Counted from the stretch's first letter, positions 1 through 8,954 are shown. The stretch: DNA of 25,355 bases from a candidate division WOR-3 bacterium (GCA_965649215.1 CBFGJZ010000004.1:73061-98415); one strand, 5' to 3'. The notes: generated by a model from the sequence alone, not told the origin. Translations and numbers: made by a program.

Positions 1-1
1 T

Positions 2-463
2 TTCGACTTTTGTTTTTGCGATTCCCTGTTCATACCGTTGAAAATAAATTTTACCATCTCGATAGACCTCAGCTTCTAAATATTCCGAAAGTGCATTAAC
101 AACCGATACGCCTACCCCATGCAAACCACCCGATATTTGATAGATTTTATTCTCAAACTTCGCTCCGCTATGCAAAACAGTTAAAACAACTTCTAAAGCA
201 GACTTTTTTTCGGTGGGATGAATATCAACTGGAATTCCTCGCCCGTTATCTTCAACTGAAACTGAGCCATCTTTATATAAAGTAACAATGATATAATCAC
301 AATACCCTGCTAAAGTCTCATCAACGGCATTATCAACAACTTCATAAATCAAATGATGGAGTCCCCGTGTACCAACATCGCCAATATACATTGCTGGCCG
401 ATGTCGTACCGCTTCTAATCCCTTTAAAACATGGATTTGCGATGCATCATATTTTTGTGTCAT
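2..463 (-). CDS. gyrB: DNA gyrase subunit B, N-terminal part (runs off the left edge; absent from the ORF track)
   Basis: Manual translation from the ATG at 463-461 gives [55 protein letters not shown], followed by [14 protein letters not shown] and [17 protein letters not shown]. These are the GHKL ATPase motifs of GyrB. ParE cannot be fully excluded, but proximity to recF favours gyrB. Confidence 0.93.
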   Translation of the reverse strand, partial: MTQKYDASQIHVLKGLEAVRHRPAMYIGDVGTRGLHHLIYEVVDNAVDETLAGYCDYIIVTLYKDGSVSVEDNGRGIPVDIHPTEKKSALEVVLTVLHSGAKFENKIYQISGGLHGVGVSVVNALSEYLEAEVYRDGKIYFQRYEQGIAKTKVE

Positions 464-468
464 ATATC

Positions 469-496
469 ATTATAGCAGAAATAATCGTTAAATCAA
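469..496 (-). promoter_or_regulatory. sigma70-type promoter of gyrB, extended -10, leaderless geometry
   Basis: Minus strand: TTGATT (496-491), 16 nt ending in TGC, TATAAT (474-469), 5 nt, ATG. No SD motif. Confidence 0.75.
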
Positions 497-556
497 TAAT
501 TTTTCTTTTTTGTTTAACTTCTTGATTCTTAAATAATTATAAGCATTAAGCATATT

Positions 557-1267
557 TTACTCTAATTTTTGTATAGGGAATCCTAATCTTTTTAACTCGC
601 GAATTGCAATTTCTTTTAATTTTCGATTTTCGGTTAATTGATATATTGACAACCAAACTTCAACAGCCAATTCAGTAGCCCCACCACGAGCAAATGCAAA
701 TGCTGCCCAGCGACCAGTAATTGTCCAAGTTTCTGGCAATTTTGAAGCAATTTCAAAATAATACCCTGCTGAAACATAATTTCGGGTAAGCATATACTCA
801 ATGAAAGCAGCATCAAAAACCAATTTCCAATTTGTTGGATTGTGGGCAATCGCTAAATAAAGCAATTTAAGCGCTTCATCAATTTGTCGTGCATCCCATG
901 CTAAGATCACAGATCCAAAGTCATAAGCACCTACAAAATGAGGATCTAAGCTCATCAAGATATCAAAGATATGATCTAACCAGATATATTTACGATCCGT
1001 CATTAAATGCTGAGCATAATATTGAATTGCTCTTAAGTATATTATATCAGCAACCGCTGATTGATATTCAATTACAATTGGTTTTAGAAATTTACCGGAT
1101 GGGAAATAACTCAATTCTTCCATCAATCTTTCTCTTAAAGCAGTTTTACGATTAATGTCTAATTGAAACTGAATATTCCATATCGCAATAAGTCCGATAA
1201 TTAAAATAAGAAGTTTGATAATTCTCCGAAAGTTTATGTATTTTTGAAACAATAACAGATTAGACAT
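557..1267 (-). CDS. Membrane-anchored TPR-like accessory protein of the ABC cassette (PilG/XapA-like)
   Basis: One N-terminal TM helix followed by YFPSGKFLK..ADIIYLRAIQYY..LDPHF..AY and helical TPR-like repeats. I recall this pattern from proteins encoded next to pilH/pilI-type ABC genes. Its start overlaps the permease stop (TAATG). Confidence 0.7.
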   Translation of the reverse strand: MSNLLLFQKYINFRRIIKLLILIIGLIAIWNIQFQLDINRKTALRERLMEELSYFPSGKFLKPIVIEYQSAVADIIYLRAIQYYAQHLMTDRKYIWLDHIFDILMSLDPHFVGAYDFGSVILAWDARQIDEALKLLYLAIAHNPTNWKLVFDAAFIEYMLTRNYVSAGYYFEIASKLPETWTITGRWAAFAFARGGATELAVEVWLSIYQLTENRKLKEIAIRELKRLGFPIQKLE

Positions 1268-2028
1268 TAAAAGTCTTTTTTATTAAAAATCAAACAGGAT
1301 ACAAAAAGAACAAAGGCTGAATAAACAACGGCGTATATGATTGTCATAAAAATAACTTTATAATCTAATAAAGCATTATGTACAACGTGAGCCTTGATAT
1401 TGAAATTACTTAAATTAGGTAAAATATAATAAAGCACGTCACTTATAATCATAGTTGGTGCTGATTTACTGATCGCAGCCAAGGTCTTCAGATCTCGGGT
1501 AAGATGACCTATAAAGTACAATGCGAAAGTAAAAACTGAACTTGTGATGGGTGTAGAAAAAGTTGAGAAAAATATTGCAATTGCGGTAACCACTGCTAAT
1601 TCAAAAAAAGTGAGAATGACTGCCCAAAGAAGATAAAAATTAGCTTGAATCTGTAACAATAATAAAATCAGATAGAAAACACCGGTCATAATTAAAATAC
1701 TTTCAAATAAAACTAACATTAATCCAAAATACTTGCCGATGATAAATTGCCAACGATAAATAGGCCGGGATAGAATAAGATAAACAGTCCTTTTCTCAAT
1801 CTCTTTATAAACTAAACGACCACCAATTAATATCGCAATTAAAACTGCAAATAAAGTGATGCTATTCAGACCAATATCTTTAATGACTTTTGCTTCTTCG
1901 CCTAAAGTCAACGGTTTAATAAGCCGTGCGCCGCCCATCACGATAATACTAAAAATAATTATGGCAATGAAAATCTTATCTCGGATTGCTTCTCGAAAAG
2001 TATTCAAAATAATAGCACTAATTTTCAT
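1267..2028 (-). CDS. ABC-2 type transporter permease (PilI-like)
   Basis: About six TM helices. Motifs NTFREAIRDK, KEIEKRTVYLILSRP..R.QFIIGKY.G and C-terminal FNKKDF. ATGA overlap with the ATPase gene. Confidence 0.88.
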   Translation of the reverse strand: MKISAIILNTFREAIRDKIFIAIIIFSIIVMGGARLIKPLTLGEEAKVIKDIGLNSITLFAVLIAILIGGRLVYKEIEKRTVYLILSRPIYRWQFIIGKYFGLMLVLFESILIMTGVFYLILLLLQIQANFYLLWAVILTFFELAVVTAIAIFFSTFSTPITSSVFTFALYFIGHLTRDLKTLAAISKSAPTMIISDVLYYILPNLSNFNIKAHVVHNALLDYKVIFMTIIYAVVYSAFVLFVSCLIFNKKDF

Positions 2029-2984
2029 ATCTGTTTTAATCGTTCTTTTTCGATTTGACTTATAAAATGATCTTCCAATGTTTTTCGTCTTGGCTGTAGT
2101 GATAATAATCTACCGTTTACTTCACGAACTATTGCCATAATGCGTTCCACTTCTTCTTCAGTTGTAACTTCCACAAATACTTCATCATCAGGAGAATGCT
2201 GAACTGGATCAGTAATAACCTTATTTGCCATGCGTTCAATAACCTTAACCATTTTTCGATCCAGTCCTTTAACGATCATTTCAAAACTTTCAATCTCAGA
2301 TGATAAAATTTCATCCAATTTACCACTGCTAATTAACTTACCGTTGAGAATTATACCAACGCGAGAACAAATCAATTCTACATCAGCTAAAATATGAGTA
2401 GAAAAAAATACTGTTTTACCTTGTGTTTTGAGATTTAAAATTATATCGCGAAACTCACGGCGACCTATTGGATCAAGACCGCCCATCGGTTCATCTAATA
2501 TTACTAATTCCGGGTCGCCAATTAATGCCTGGGCGATACCTAATCTTTGCAGCATTCCTCGCGAATAACCTTTAATCAGCATTTTCGAAAAACGCTCTAA
2601 CCGGACTAAATTTAACATCTTTTCGATTTGTTTCTTTTGCCGCTCTCGAGGAATACCACTAATTTCGCTACAAAGATGTAAATATTCATAAGCATTCAAA
2701 TATTCATAAAAATATGGTGACTCTGGTAAAAAACCAATTTTTTGACGTATTTGAATATTTGTAGATGGCTTACCCAAAATAAATGCTTTGCCGCTGGATG
2801 GTTTAACTAAACCCACTAATATCTTTATTGTTGTTGTCTTCCCTGCACCATTTGGTCCTAAAAACCCATAAATTTCTTGACTTTCTACTTCTAAATTAAG
2901 GTTTTCAATTGCTTGGATACGTTGCAGACGAAAACCACTTCGATAACTTTTACTTAAATTTTCTGTATAGATTACTCGTCCCAT
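2025..2984 (-). CDS. ABC transporter ATP-binding protein (PilH-like)
   Basis: Walker A GPNGAGKTT, signature YSRGM, Walker B/D-loop VILDEPMGGLDP, H-loop STH. Confidence 0.93.
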   Translation of the reverse strand: MGRVIYTENLSKSYRSGFRLQRIQAIENLNLEVESQEIYGFLGPNGAGKTTTIKILVGLVKPSSGKAFILGKPSTNIQIRQKIGFLPESPYFYEYLNAYEYLHLCSEISGIPRERQKKQIEKMLNLVRLERFSKMLIKGYSRGMLQRLGIAQALIGDPELVILDEPMGGLDPIGRREFRDIILNLKTQGKTVFFSTHILADVELICSRVGIILNGKLISSGKLDEILSSEIESFEMIVKGLDRKMVKVIERMANKVITDPVQHSPDDEVFVEVTTEEEVERIMAIVREVNGRLLSLQPRRKTLEDHFISQIEKERLKQI

Positions 2985-2994
2985 TTAAGAATAA

Positions 2995-3022
2995 ATTATA
3001 ACTAATCAAAATTCAATGTCAA
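2995..3022 (-). promoter_or_regulatory. Consensus sigma70 promoter of the ABC cassette
   Basis: TTGACA (3022-3017), 16 nt, TATAAT (3000-2995), 10 nt, ATG. No SD motif. Confidence 0.8.
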
Positions 3023-3142
3023 TCCTTACCTAATACTTTTAAATAATTTATTAGTCAAATTATTATTGTCCTCTTTTTAAAAAATATTGTCGAAAATGGA
3101 AGTTTATAATTACCACTAATTAAAATCTGTGCTGAATTTTAA

Positions 3143-3451
3143 TTACTTTAAATAGAATTTAATATCTTTAACTACTTCTTGTCCAATTGAGGCATTTAAC
3201 TTATTTATAATACTTGCCTTTAGAAAAGTTAATTCATTAATCCAAACTGAATTGGCTACTGCGACATAAAGTATGCCTTTTTCAATGCGTTGAGCAACTG
3301 TTTGTTTGCTAATTACTGGTCCTACCGCACTTGCCCAGACCAACACAGCCTTTTGTTCAATTAATCGTTGGGCAATGCCCATTTTTTGTAGGACTGATGG
3401 CAGATGTTTAGCTAATTGATCTAATTTCTTTAATTTTGCCTTCTTGTACAT
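3143..3451 (-). CDS. dciA: DUF721 / DciA family protein (replicative helicase loader/accessory)
   Basis: W...VG..I...T.......GILYVAVANSVWINELTFLK..II.KLN...G..VVKDIKF pattern of DUF721. Lies directly after recF, as in the conserved recF-DUF721-gyrB synteny. Overlaps recF by 44 nt, so the start is uncertain (AAGGA lies upstream of the annotated ATG). Confidence 0.85.
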   Translation of the reverse strand: MYKKAKLKKLDQLAKHLPSVLQKMGIAQRLIEQKAVLVWASAVGPVISKQTVAQRIEKGILYVAVANSVWINELTFLKASIINKLNASIGQEVVKDIKFYLK

Positions 3452-4553
3452 AAAATATCTTTCCTTTTGGCATTAAAACATTTTCAATTGATTTAGCTGT
3501 TGCATAAAAAAATTGTCCCTGAATAAAATCAAACAGTTTTTTAGTATTCGCCTGGTCTAATTCTGATGCTACTTCATCTAATAAAAAAACCGGCTCTTTT
3601 TTCCTTTCTCTTAATTTTTGTGCTTCAGCCATCTTTAAGGCAAGTGCTGCAAGTCGCATTTCGCCTTCTGAGCCAAACTGTCGTGTCGAAAACGATTCAC
3701 GACTATTTTTTCGCGCTCCTTGTTCATAATCGACGCTTATTTGCATTGGCTCAAAATAAATAAGAATATCATCACGGTGCGGCCCGATCTGAGTATGACC
3801 AATCTCTTTGTCTTGATCGCGATTTTTTCGCAGCAAATTTAAGAATTGTTCGTAAATATTATTAATATTATCAATTGATTGCGTTAGGGTCATCTTATAT
3901 TCAAATTTCATTTTTTTATCTTTTAAAAACAATGCACAAATTCGCTGCGCTTCTTCTAAAAGTAAAGGAACATATTTCATTCGTTCTTGTATTATTATAC
4001 TACCCGATTTAGCTAATATCTCCTCCCATACTTCGTAATGAACAGAGTCGGCTTTTTCTCGAAGTAATTTATTTCGTTGCATTAATACTCGCCGATATTC
4101 AATTAAATGTTTTAAATAAACTTTATTCATTTTAGAAATTGCTAAATCTATAAAGTTACGCCTTTGTGTCGGTGGCCCATGCACTAAATCAATATCTGAA
4201 AGTAAAATTGTTACAATGGGCAACCATCCCAAATATGATGATAATTTGTCTTGTTTATGGTGTTGTAAATAAGTTATTTTTGTGTTTTCGAAAAATCTTA
4301 TTTCAGCTTCAATTTTATCATGATTATCAACCGCTACTCCTGAAATTTTTAAGTACGGTGCATTAAATTTAACAATCTCTAAATCACGGTTAGTGCGAAA
4401 GGACCGACCAACTGCTAAAAAATGAATTGCTTCTAAAAGTGAAGTTTTACCTGCACCATTATCACCAAGAATATAATTTACTTGTGGGTCAAAATTCAGT
4501 TCCCTGTTTTCTAAATTTCTAACACCTTCAAAATAAATTTTTATTAGTTTCAC
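3408..4553 (-). CDS. recF: DNA replication and repair protein RecF (GTG start)
   Basis: Motifs GDNGAGKTSLLEAI, GRSFRT, GPP..RR.FID, QRNKLL, GPHRDD, FGSEGE, LLDEVASELD. Confidence 0.93.
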   Translation of the reverse strand: MKLIKIYFEGVRNLENRELNFDPQVNYILGDNGAGKTSLLEAIHFLAVGRSFRTNRDLEIVKFNAPYLKISGVAVDNHDKIEAEIRFFENTKITYLQHHKQDKLSSYLGWLPIVTILLSDIDLVHGPPTQRRNFIDLAISKMNKVYLKHLIEYRRVLMQRNKLLREKADSVHYEVWEEILAKSGSIIIQERMKYVPLLLEEAQRICALFLKDKKMKFEYKMTLTQSIDNINNIYEQFLNLLRKNRDQDKEIGHTQIGPHRDDILIYFEPMQISVDYEQGARKNSRESFSTRQFGSEGEMRLAALALKMAEAQKLRERKKEPVFLLDEVASELDQANTKKLFDFIQGQFFYATAKSIENVLMPKGKIFYVQEGKIKEIRSIS

Positions 4554-4567
4554 TTATCAATTCTTTT

Positions 4568-5497
4568 TTAAATTAAAGCTGATTTGAGAATTTCGACAAC
4601 CAACTCATCATAATCAATGCCTGCCTCGCGTGCTTGAGCAGGTAAGTCGGACATCTCGGTCATTCCTGGTAAAGTGTTAATTTCTAAAAAATATGGTCTT
4701 TCATCTTTAACAATTAAATCAACACGGGAAAATCCTTTTGCCCCGATGATGTGGTGTGCTCGCAATGCTAATTCTTGAATCTTTTTCGTTAATTTCTTGT
4801 TAAATCGAGCTGGAATTATAAACTCAGTTTCGCCCTTTGTATACTTTGCTTTAAAATCATAAAATCTCTGTCGTTTTACTACTAACTCTAATATTGGCAA
4901 TGCCCGATTGTGTAATATTCCGACAGTGGCGATCGCTCCTTCAATGAATTCTTCAATAAAAATATCGCCAAATTTAAGTTGTAAAGATTTACTTTTATTT
5001 ACTAAATCTTCTAAATTATCTATAACCATACAGCCAACACTCGATCCTTCGCTACGAGGTTTTATAATTACTGGAAATTGTTGGATCCCTTTTATAACTT
5101 TAGCAACAGCAACATTTCGGGGAATCAAAACATACCGGGGTGTTGGAATATCTGCGTATTCAAATAATCTTTTGGTCATAATTTTATCAATACCAATAGC
5201 CGATGCTAAAACTCCGGAACCAGTATAAGGAATATCCATTAGTTCTAGAAATCCTTGAATTGTACCGTCTTCCCCAGGTTTACCATGTAGCGCAATAAAG
5301 GCAATATCGATTTTAGCATTTTTAATCTGCTCCGCAAAGTTTTTATTAATATCGATTAATGCCGCCTTAAAACCTTGTCTCATTAACGAATGATAAACAT
5401 TTTGACCTGACCGCAATGAAATCTCTCGTTCACTTGACCAACCACCCATTAGGACACCGATCTTCTTTTGTTTTAATTTTCTTATCAGATTGTTCAT
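4568..5497 (-). CDS. ddl: D-alanine--D-alanine ligase
   Basis: Motifs GGWSSEREISLRSG, LHGKPGEDGTIQG, PYTGSG, EGSSVG, FYDFKAKY, RVD, EINTLPGMT..S..P. Confidence 0.95.
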   Translation of the reverse strand: MNNLIRKLKQKKIGVLMGGWSSEREISLRSGQNVYHSLMRQGFKAALIDINKNFAEQIKNAKIDIAFIALHGKPGEDGTIQGFLELMDIPYTGSGVLASAIGIDKIMTKRLFEYADIPTPRYVLIPRNVAVAKVIKGIQQFPVIIKPRSEGSSVGCMVIDNLEDLVNKSKSLQLKFGDIFIEEFIEGAIATVGILHNRALPILELVVKRQRFYDFKAKYTKGETEFIIPARFNKKLTKKIQELALRAHHIIGAKGFSRVDLIVKDERPYFLEINTLPGMTEMSDLPAQAREAGIDYDELVVEILKSALI

Positions 5498-5503
5498 ATT
5501 GTT

Positions 5504-5531
5504 ATTAAATATAAAAACACCAATTAGTCAA
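5504..5531 (-). promoter_or_regulatory. Possible promoter of ddl-recF-dciA, leaderless geometry
   Basis: TTGACT (5531-5526), 16 nt, TTTAAT (5509-5504), 6 nt, ATG. The -10 element lacks the conserved second A. Confidence 0.45.
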
Positions 5532-5592
5532 TAAGTAATAAGAAAGGGTTGTAGTTTATATATCTAACGGCCTTTAACTCAGTCTCATCTGA

Positions 5593-8553
5593 TTAACGAA
5601 TGACCAATTTTAGATTATTTGTATAATTTTCCGTGGCGAAATTAATGATATAGACTCCTTTTGCAAGTTTATAAGTAGGATAATTTATTACATATTGACC
5701 TGCTTTAACATAATTATCAACTAAATTTTCGATTAGTTGTCCATTGGTATTATATAGCTTTAAGGAAATACGGCTGTTTTCTGTTAACGAGTAATGAATA
5801 CGAATTATTGATTTTGCAGGGTTGGGTGAAATGTATACCTTGCTAATGCTCTTCGCTTTGTCTTCGGTTTCAGTTATACTGCCAGGAAAATGACCTCCGC
5901 AAATAGCAAGTACTTTTCCAATACCGGTTGAACTTGACCTTTGTAAACCGACCAACACATCCGGATAATTATCAAAACTAACATCACTTATCGCTCGAAT
6001 TGAATATACAAGTTGTCCTGCAGAATAATGCCATAACAAATTTCCGTTTGCGCCACTGACACAATAGACAAAACCGTTTTGCGTACCAAAGATAACATCC
6101 TTTTTACCATCGTTATCCAAATCGTCAATGACATCAGCACTCCAAGTGTTGCTATTAGTTAGATAATTCCAATAAACACTACCATTGAGGCAATTGAGAA
6201 CATTAAATGCAATTACATTATTCACATTACAAACTGCAATCCCTGGTCGATTGACTGCAATCAAATCAGGAATTAAGACAAGTTTTACCACATAACCACC
6301 GACATTTGCTGTCCAAATCGGACTACCATTTGCTCCACTCAAACAATAGACCATACCATTCCACGCACCTGCCACTACTTCATCTTTCCCGTCACCATTT
6401 AAATCTGGAATTGTAACCACCGATTGGACATCACCACCACATTGGTATTGCCAAATTGGAGTAGTGACCAGACCACTTGAGGCACCACTTACGCAATATA
6501 CTTTCATATCATAACTGTTTCCCCACGCCCCACAAATCGCATCAACTACACCGTCATTATTAACATCATTTATCCAATTAACTGTGCCGACCGCGTCGCC
6601 AATTCGAAATTGCCAGATAATATTTCCGTTTGCTCCATTAAAGCAATACATCGAACGAGGACCACCACCTGCAGTTTGATTTGTACCAATCCCTGCTAAA
6701 ACTTCACCAATGCCATCACCCGTAATATCTGGCATCGGTCTTACCGAATACACCCAACCCCCTTCATTATCATACCAATGACTATCATAATACCAGATAA
6801 TCTGGCCATTAACACCATTCAGGGCATAAACCGAACGATCTCCCCAAGCGGTTGCCAACAAAATATCATTGATGCTGTCGTTATTATAATCATCACCCAT
6901 AATCAAACAATCATCTCCCCAGGAACCTGTAAAATCATTATCACCAACTTGCCATTGCACAACTCCATTGCCAAAGCTATTACCACAAAATGTCCGAAGA
7001 TGCTTTTTGCCATACATTTCCGTGCCATAACTTTCAGCAGCGACATCACAAATACTATCACCATTAATATCATCAATCAAACTAACACAAACTACATTAT
7101 CTGGAAATTCATATTCCCACAACAATTGACCACCCACCATCGCATTAACAATACCATTAGCATTCAACATAATAATAAAAGGATTTGGCACGGCATTTGA
7201 GTAGATTTCCATATTCCCACTATAATTACCATAATTTTGGGGACGACTGATAACTTGAATAAATGTTGTTTCTAAACAATTCAACGAAATTGGAAGGTTC
7301 ATCGGTAAATTAAAGAATTGATTATTAGAATATTTTATAGAATCAATTACTAATGGCAGATAACCATGATTAACAATGCGCAAAAACCAATCTTTAACAC
7401 AATTAATGCCAATACTGCCAAAATCATAACTTGTTGCATTCGGACTTAAAGTTGGGTTTGGATAAACACCCTGACCACGTAAAGACACATAAACTGTTTC
7501 CCGCACCGGGTCATTACTTACAATTCCTAAATTGCCCGTATACAACTGAAATGCAGTTGGTGTAAAATAAACCCAATAAGAAATTGCCGAAGACGGTGCA
7601 ATAAAGACAGGAAACGAAATGACCTGATGGCTGAATGCTGTGTTACTTATAAAAAAAGTATCGATTCTTAAAGTATCTGTACCTATATTACTGACCGTTA
7701 ATTGAAAGTATGGCGACTGTCCAATCGCAACATTGCCAAAATCAAAAGCATTTGGACTTATCGAAATAACTGGTGTTCCGCCTCCCCCTAAATCAATCTG
7801 ATAAATTCCCCATCCGGTTGGTGAACTTGCCATCATTGCTGCCACCCATAGATAATTCCCATCCCATGCCAATCCCCGTGGTCTTCGGCTTGGTGAATTA
7901 ATCGAATCAACGATCTGTTTTAGCACTACATCGATTTTATAAATACGACTTCGACCACCAGTACCGCCACTCCCACTACTATCATTGCCAACCCACAAAT
8001 ATTGGCCATCCCAAGTTGTGCTCCAGGGTTGTGGAATAGTTGGTATATTAATAAAATCAATGGAATCTCCTGTATTTTTATTAATTTTATAAATTCCGCC
8101 ATCAGGACTATAATAGACACAATGCCAAAGATGCTGGCCATCATTAGCAAGGCCGGCCATATATTCTTTCCGAGCACGCAAGGCACGAATCCGCGAACCA
8201 TTGATGGTATCGATTAAGAAAATTGTATCATTGGGAGTTGGGGTGCCGGAAACTTGTGTTGATACCCAAAGACTACCACCATTTGCAGTATCAAAAGCCA
8301 AACCATAACAAGCACCACTGGTCCAACCCGCAGGACGCCACCGAATCATTTTCACAACCGCACCATTAGCGGGATTGATTTTATATAACGAATCCGAAAC
8401 CGAAGTGCCATAACGTCCACACCACAAATATGCTCCATCCCAACATAGACCCGAAGTATAGGAAGGCGCAGGAATTGCATTAATAATCGTTTGACCAAGA
8501 CCAATACTTGTTAAAACAAATAGTAATATAATAATTATCTTAATTAGCTTCAT
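5593..8553 (-). CDS. Exported multidomain protein: N-terminal beta-propeller, two choice-of-anchor-D/ASH-type Ig domains, FG-GAP/PQQ-like propeller, T9SS type A-like C-terminal domain
   Basis: Signal peptide ending IGLG|Q. Five GL.WDG..LW-like repeats. Two (F/Y)DFG.V/I.I....SN..F..SN Ig modules. Seven D-x-N/D-x-D-G-x-x-D/E-like loops. C-terminus ISPNPAK..LYNTNGQLI..GVYII..KLVIR. SD GGAGG upstream. Confidence 0.85.
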   Translation of the reverse strand: MKLIKIIIILLFVLTSIGLGQTIINAIPAPSYTSGLCWDGAYLWCGRYGTSVSDSLYKINPANGAVVKMIRWRPAGWTSGACYGLAFDTANGGSLWVSTQVSGTPTPNDTIFLIDTINGSRIRALRARKEYMAGLANDGQHLWHCVYYSPDGGIYKINKNTGDSIDFINIPTIPQPWSTTWDGQYLWVGNDSSGSGGTGGRSRIYKIDVVLKQIVDSINSPSRRPRGLAWDGNYLWVAAMMASSPTGWGIYQIDLGGGGTPVISISPNAFDFGNVAIGQSPYFQLTVSNIGTDTLRIDTFFISNTAFSHQVISFPVFIAPSSAISYWVYFTPTAFQLYTGNLGIVSNDPVRETVYVSLRGQGVYPNPTLSPNATSYDFGSIGINCVKDWFLRIVNHGYLPLVIDSIKYSNNQFFNLPMNLPISLNCLETTFIQVISRPQNYGNYSGNMEIYSNAVPNPFIIMLNANGIVNAMVGGQLLWEYEFPDNVVCVSLIDDINGDSICDVAAESYGTEMYGKKHLRTFCGNSFGNGVVQWQVGDNDFTGSWGDDCLIMGDDYNNDSINDILLATAWGDRSVYALNGVNGQIIWYYDSHWYDNEGGWVYSVRPMPDITGDGIGEVLAGIGTNQTAGGGPRSMYCFNGANGNIIWQFRIGDAVGTVNWINDVNNDGVVDAICGAWGNSYDMKVYCVSGASSGLVTTPIWQYQCGGDVQSVVTIPDLNGDGKDEVVAGAWNGMVYCLSGANGSPIWTANVGGYVVKLVLIPDLIAVNRPGIAVCNVNNVIAFNVLNCLNGSVYWNYLTNSNTWSADVIDDLDNDGKKDVIFGTQNGFVYCVSGANGNLLWHYSAGQLVYSIRAISDVSFDNYPDVLVGLQRSSSTGIGKVLAICGGHFPGSITETEDKAKSISKVYISPNPAKSIIRIHYSLTENSRISLKLYNTNGQLIENLVDNYVKAGQYVINYPTYKLAKGVYIINFATENYTNNLKLVIR

Positions 8554-8594
8554 CTTTCCTCCGACACAAAAAGATTATAACTACCATCATCAAT

Positions 8595-8623
8595 AAAATA
8601 ATGCCAATTCTTTAATATGTCAA
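8595..8623 (-). promoter_or_regulatory. sigma70-type promoter of the 986-aa protein gene
   Basis: TTGACA (8623-8618), 17 nt, TATTTT (8600-8595). The leader of about 35 nt contains GGAGG. Confidence 0.55.
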
Positions 8624-8908
8624 CAATTAATAAATAAGCATGCTTTATAATATTATTTTCACTAAACAACTTAATAGTCCATTTCTCATTATTCTTAACA
8701 ATGCATCTATTATTGATTTGGAAATACTTGAAAATAAGCTTAACAATAACTATCTTATAAAACAACTTACGCTTGCCTTCATGCGACCTTATACTCCGAC
8801 TATCCCAAAACCCAATACCTGAATTGGACAGGCAAAAGACGAGCCCCTATACAGTATCCCATATAAAACATTTTAATTTTATGATATATTTATAATTTTA
8901 ATATAGCA

Positions 8909-8936
8909 TTGACAAACCTGTTGTTTAGCCTACCCT
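8909..8936 (+). promoter_or_regulatory. sigma70-type promoter of the PKD-YVTN lipoprotein gene
   Basis: TTGACA (8909-8914), 16 nt, TACCCT (8931-8936), then SD AAGGAG before the ATG at 8955. Confidence 0.5.
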
Positions 8937-8954
8937 ATTATTAAAGGAGTATTT

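Noticed and set aside
3117..3145. 10-bp inverted repeat TAATTAAAAT/ATTTTAATTA at the dciA stop as a terminator
   Set aside because: The stem is purely AT and has no U-tract, which is too weak to call.
4835..4865. Possible D-Ala-D-Lac (vancomycin-resistance type) ligase because of FYDFKAKY
   Set aside because: The specificity-determining residue after the omega-loop Lys is still Tyr, as in ordinary D-Ala-D-Ala ligases, and there are no van genes nearby.
464..5592. oriC near recF/gyrB
   Set aside because: I found no DnaA-box cluster in the intergenic regions, and dnaA/dnaN are absent. The only near-match noticed (TGTGGATAT, 11532-11540) is a single site inside a CDS.
8550..8822. ORFs 8550-8765 (-) and 8640-8822 (+) in the divergent intergenic region
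   Set aside because: Low-complexity translations of AT-rich DNA that overlap each other. One also covers a predicted promoter. No domain evidence.
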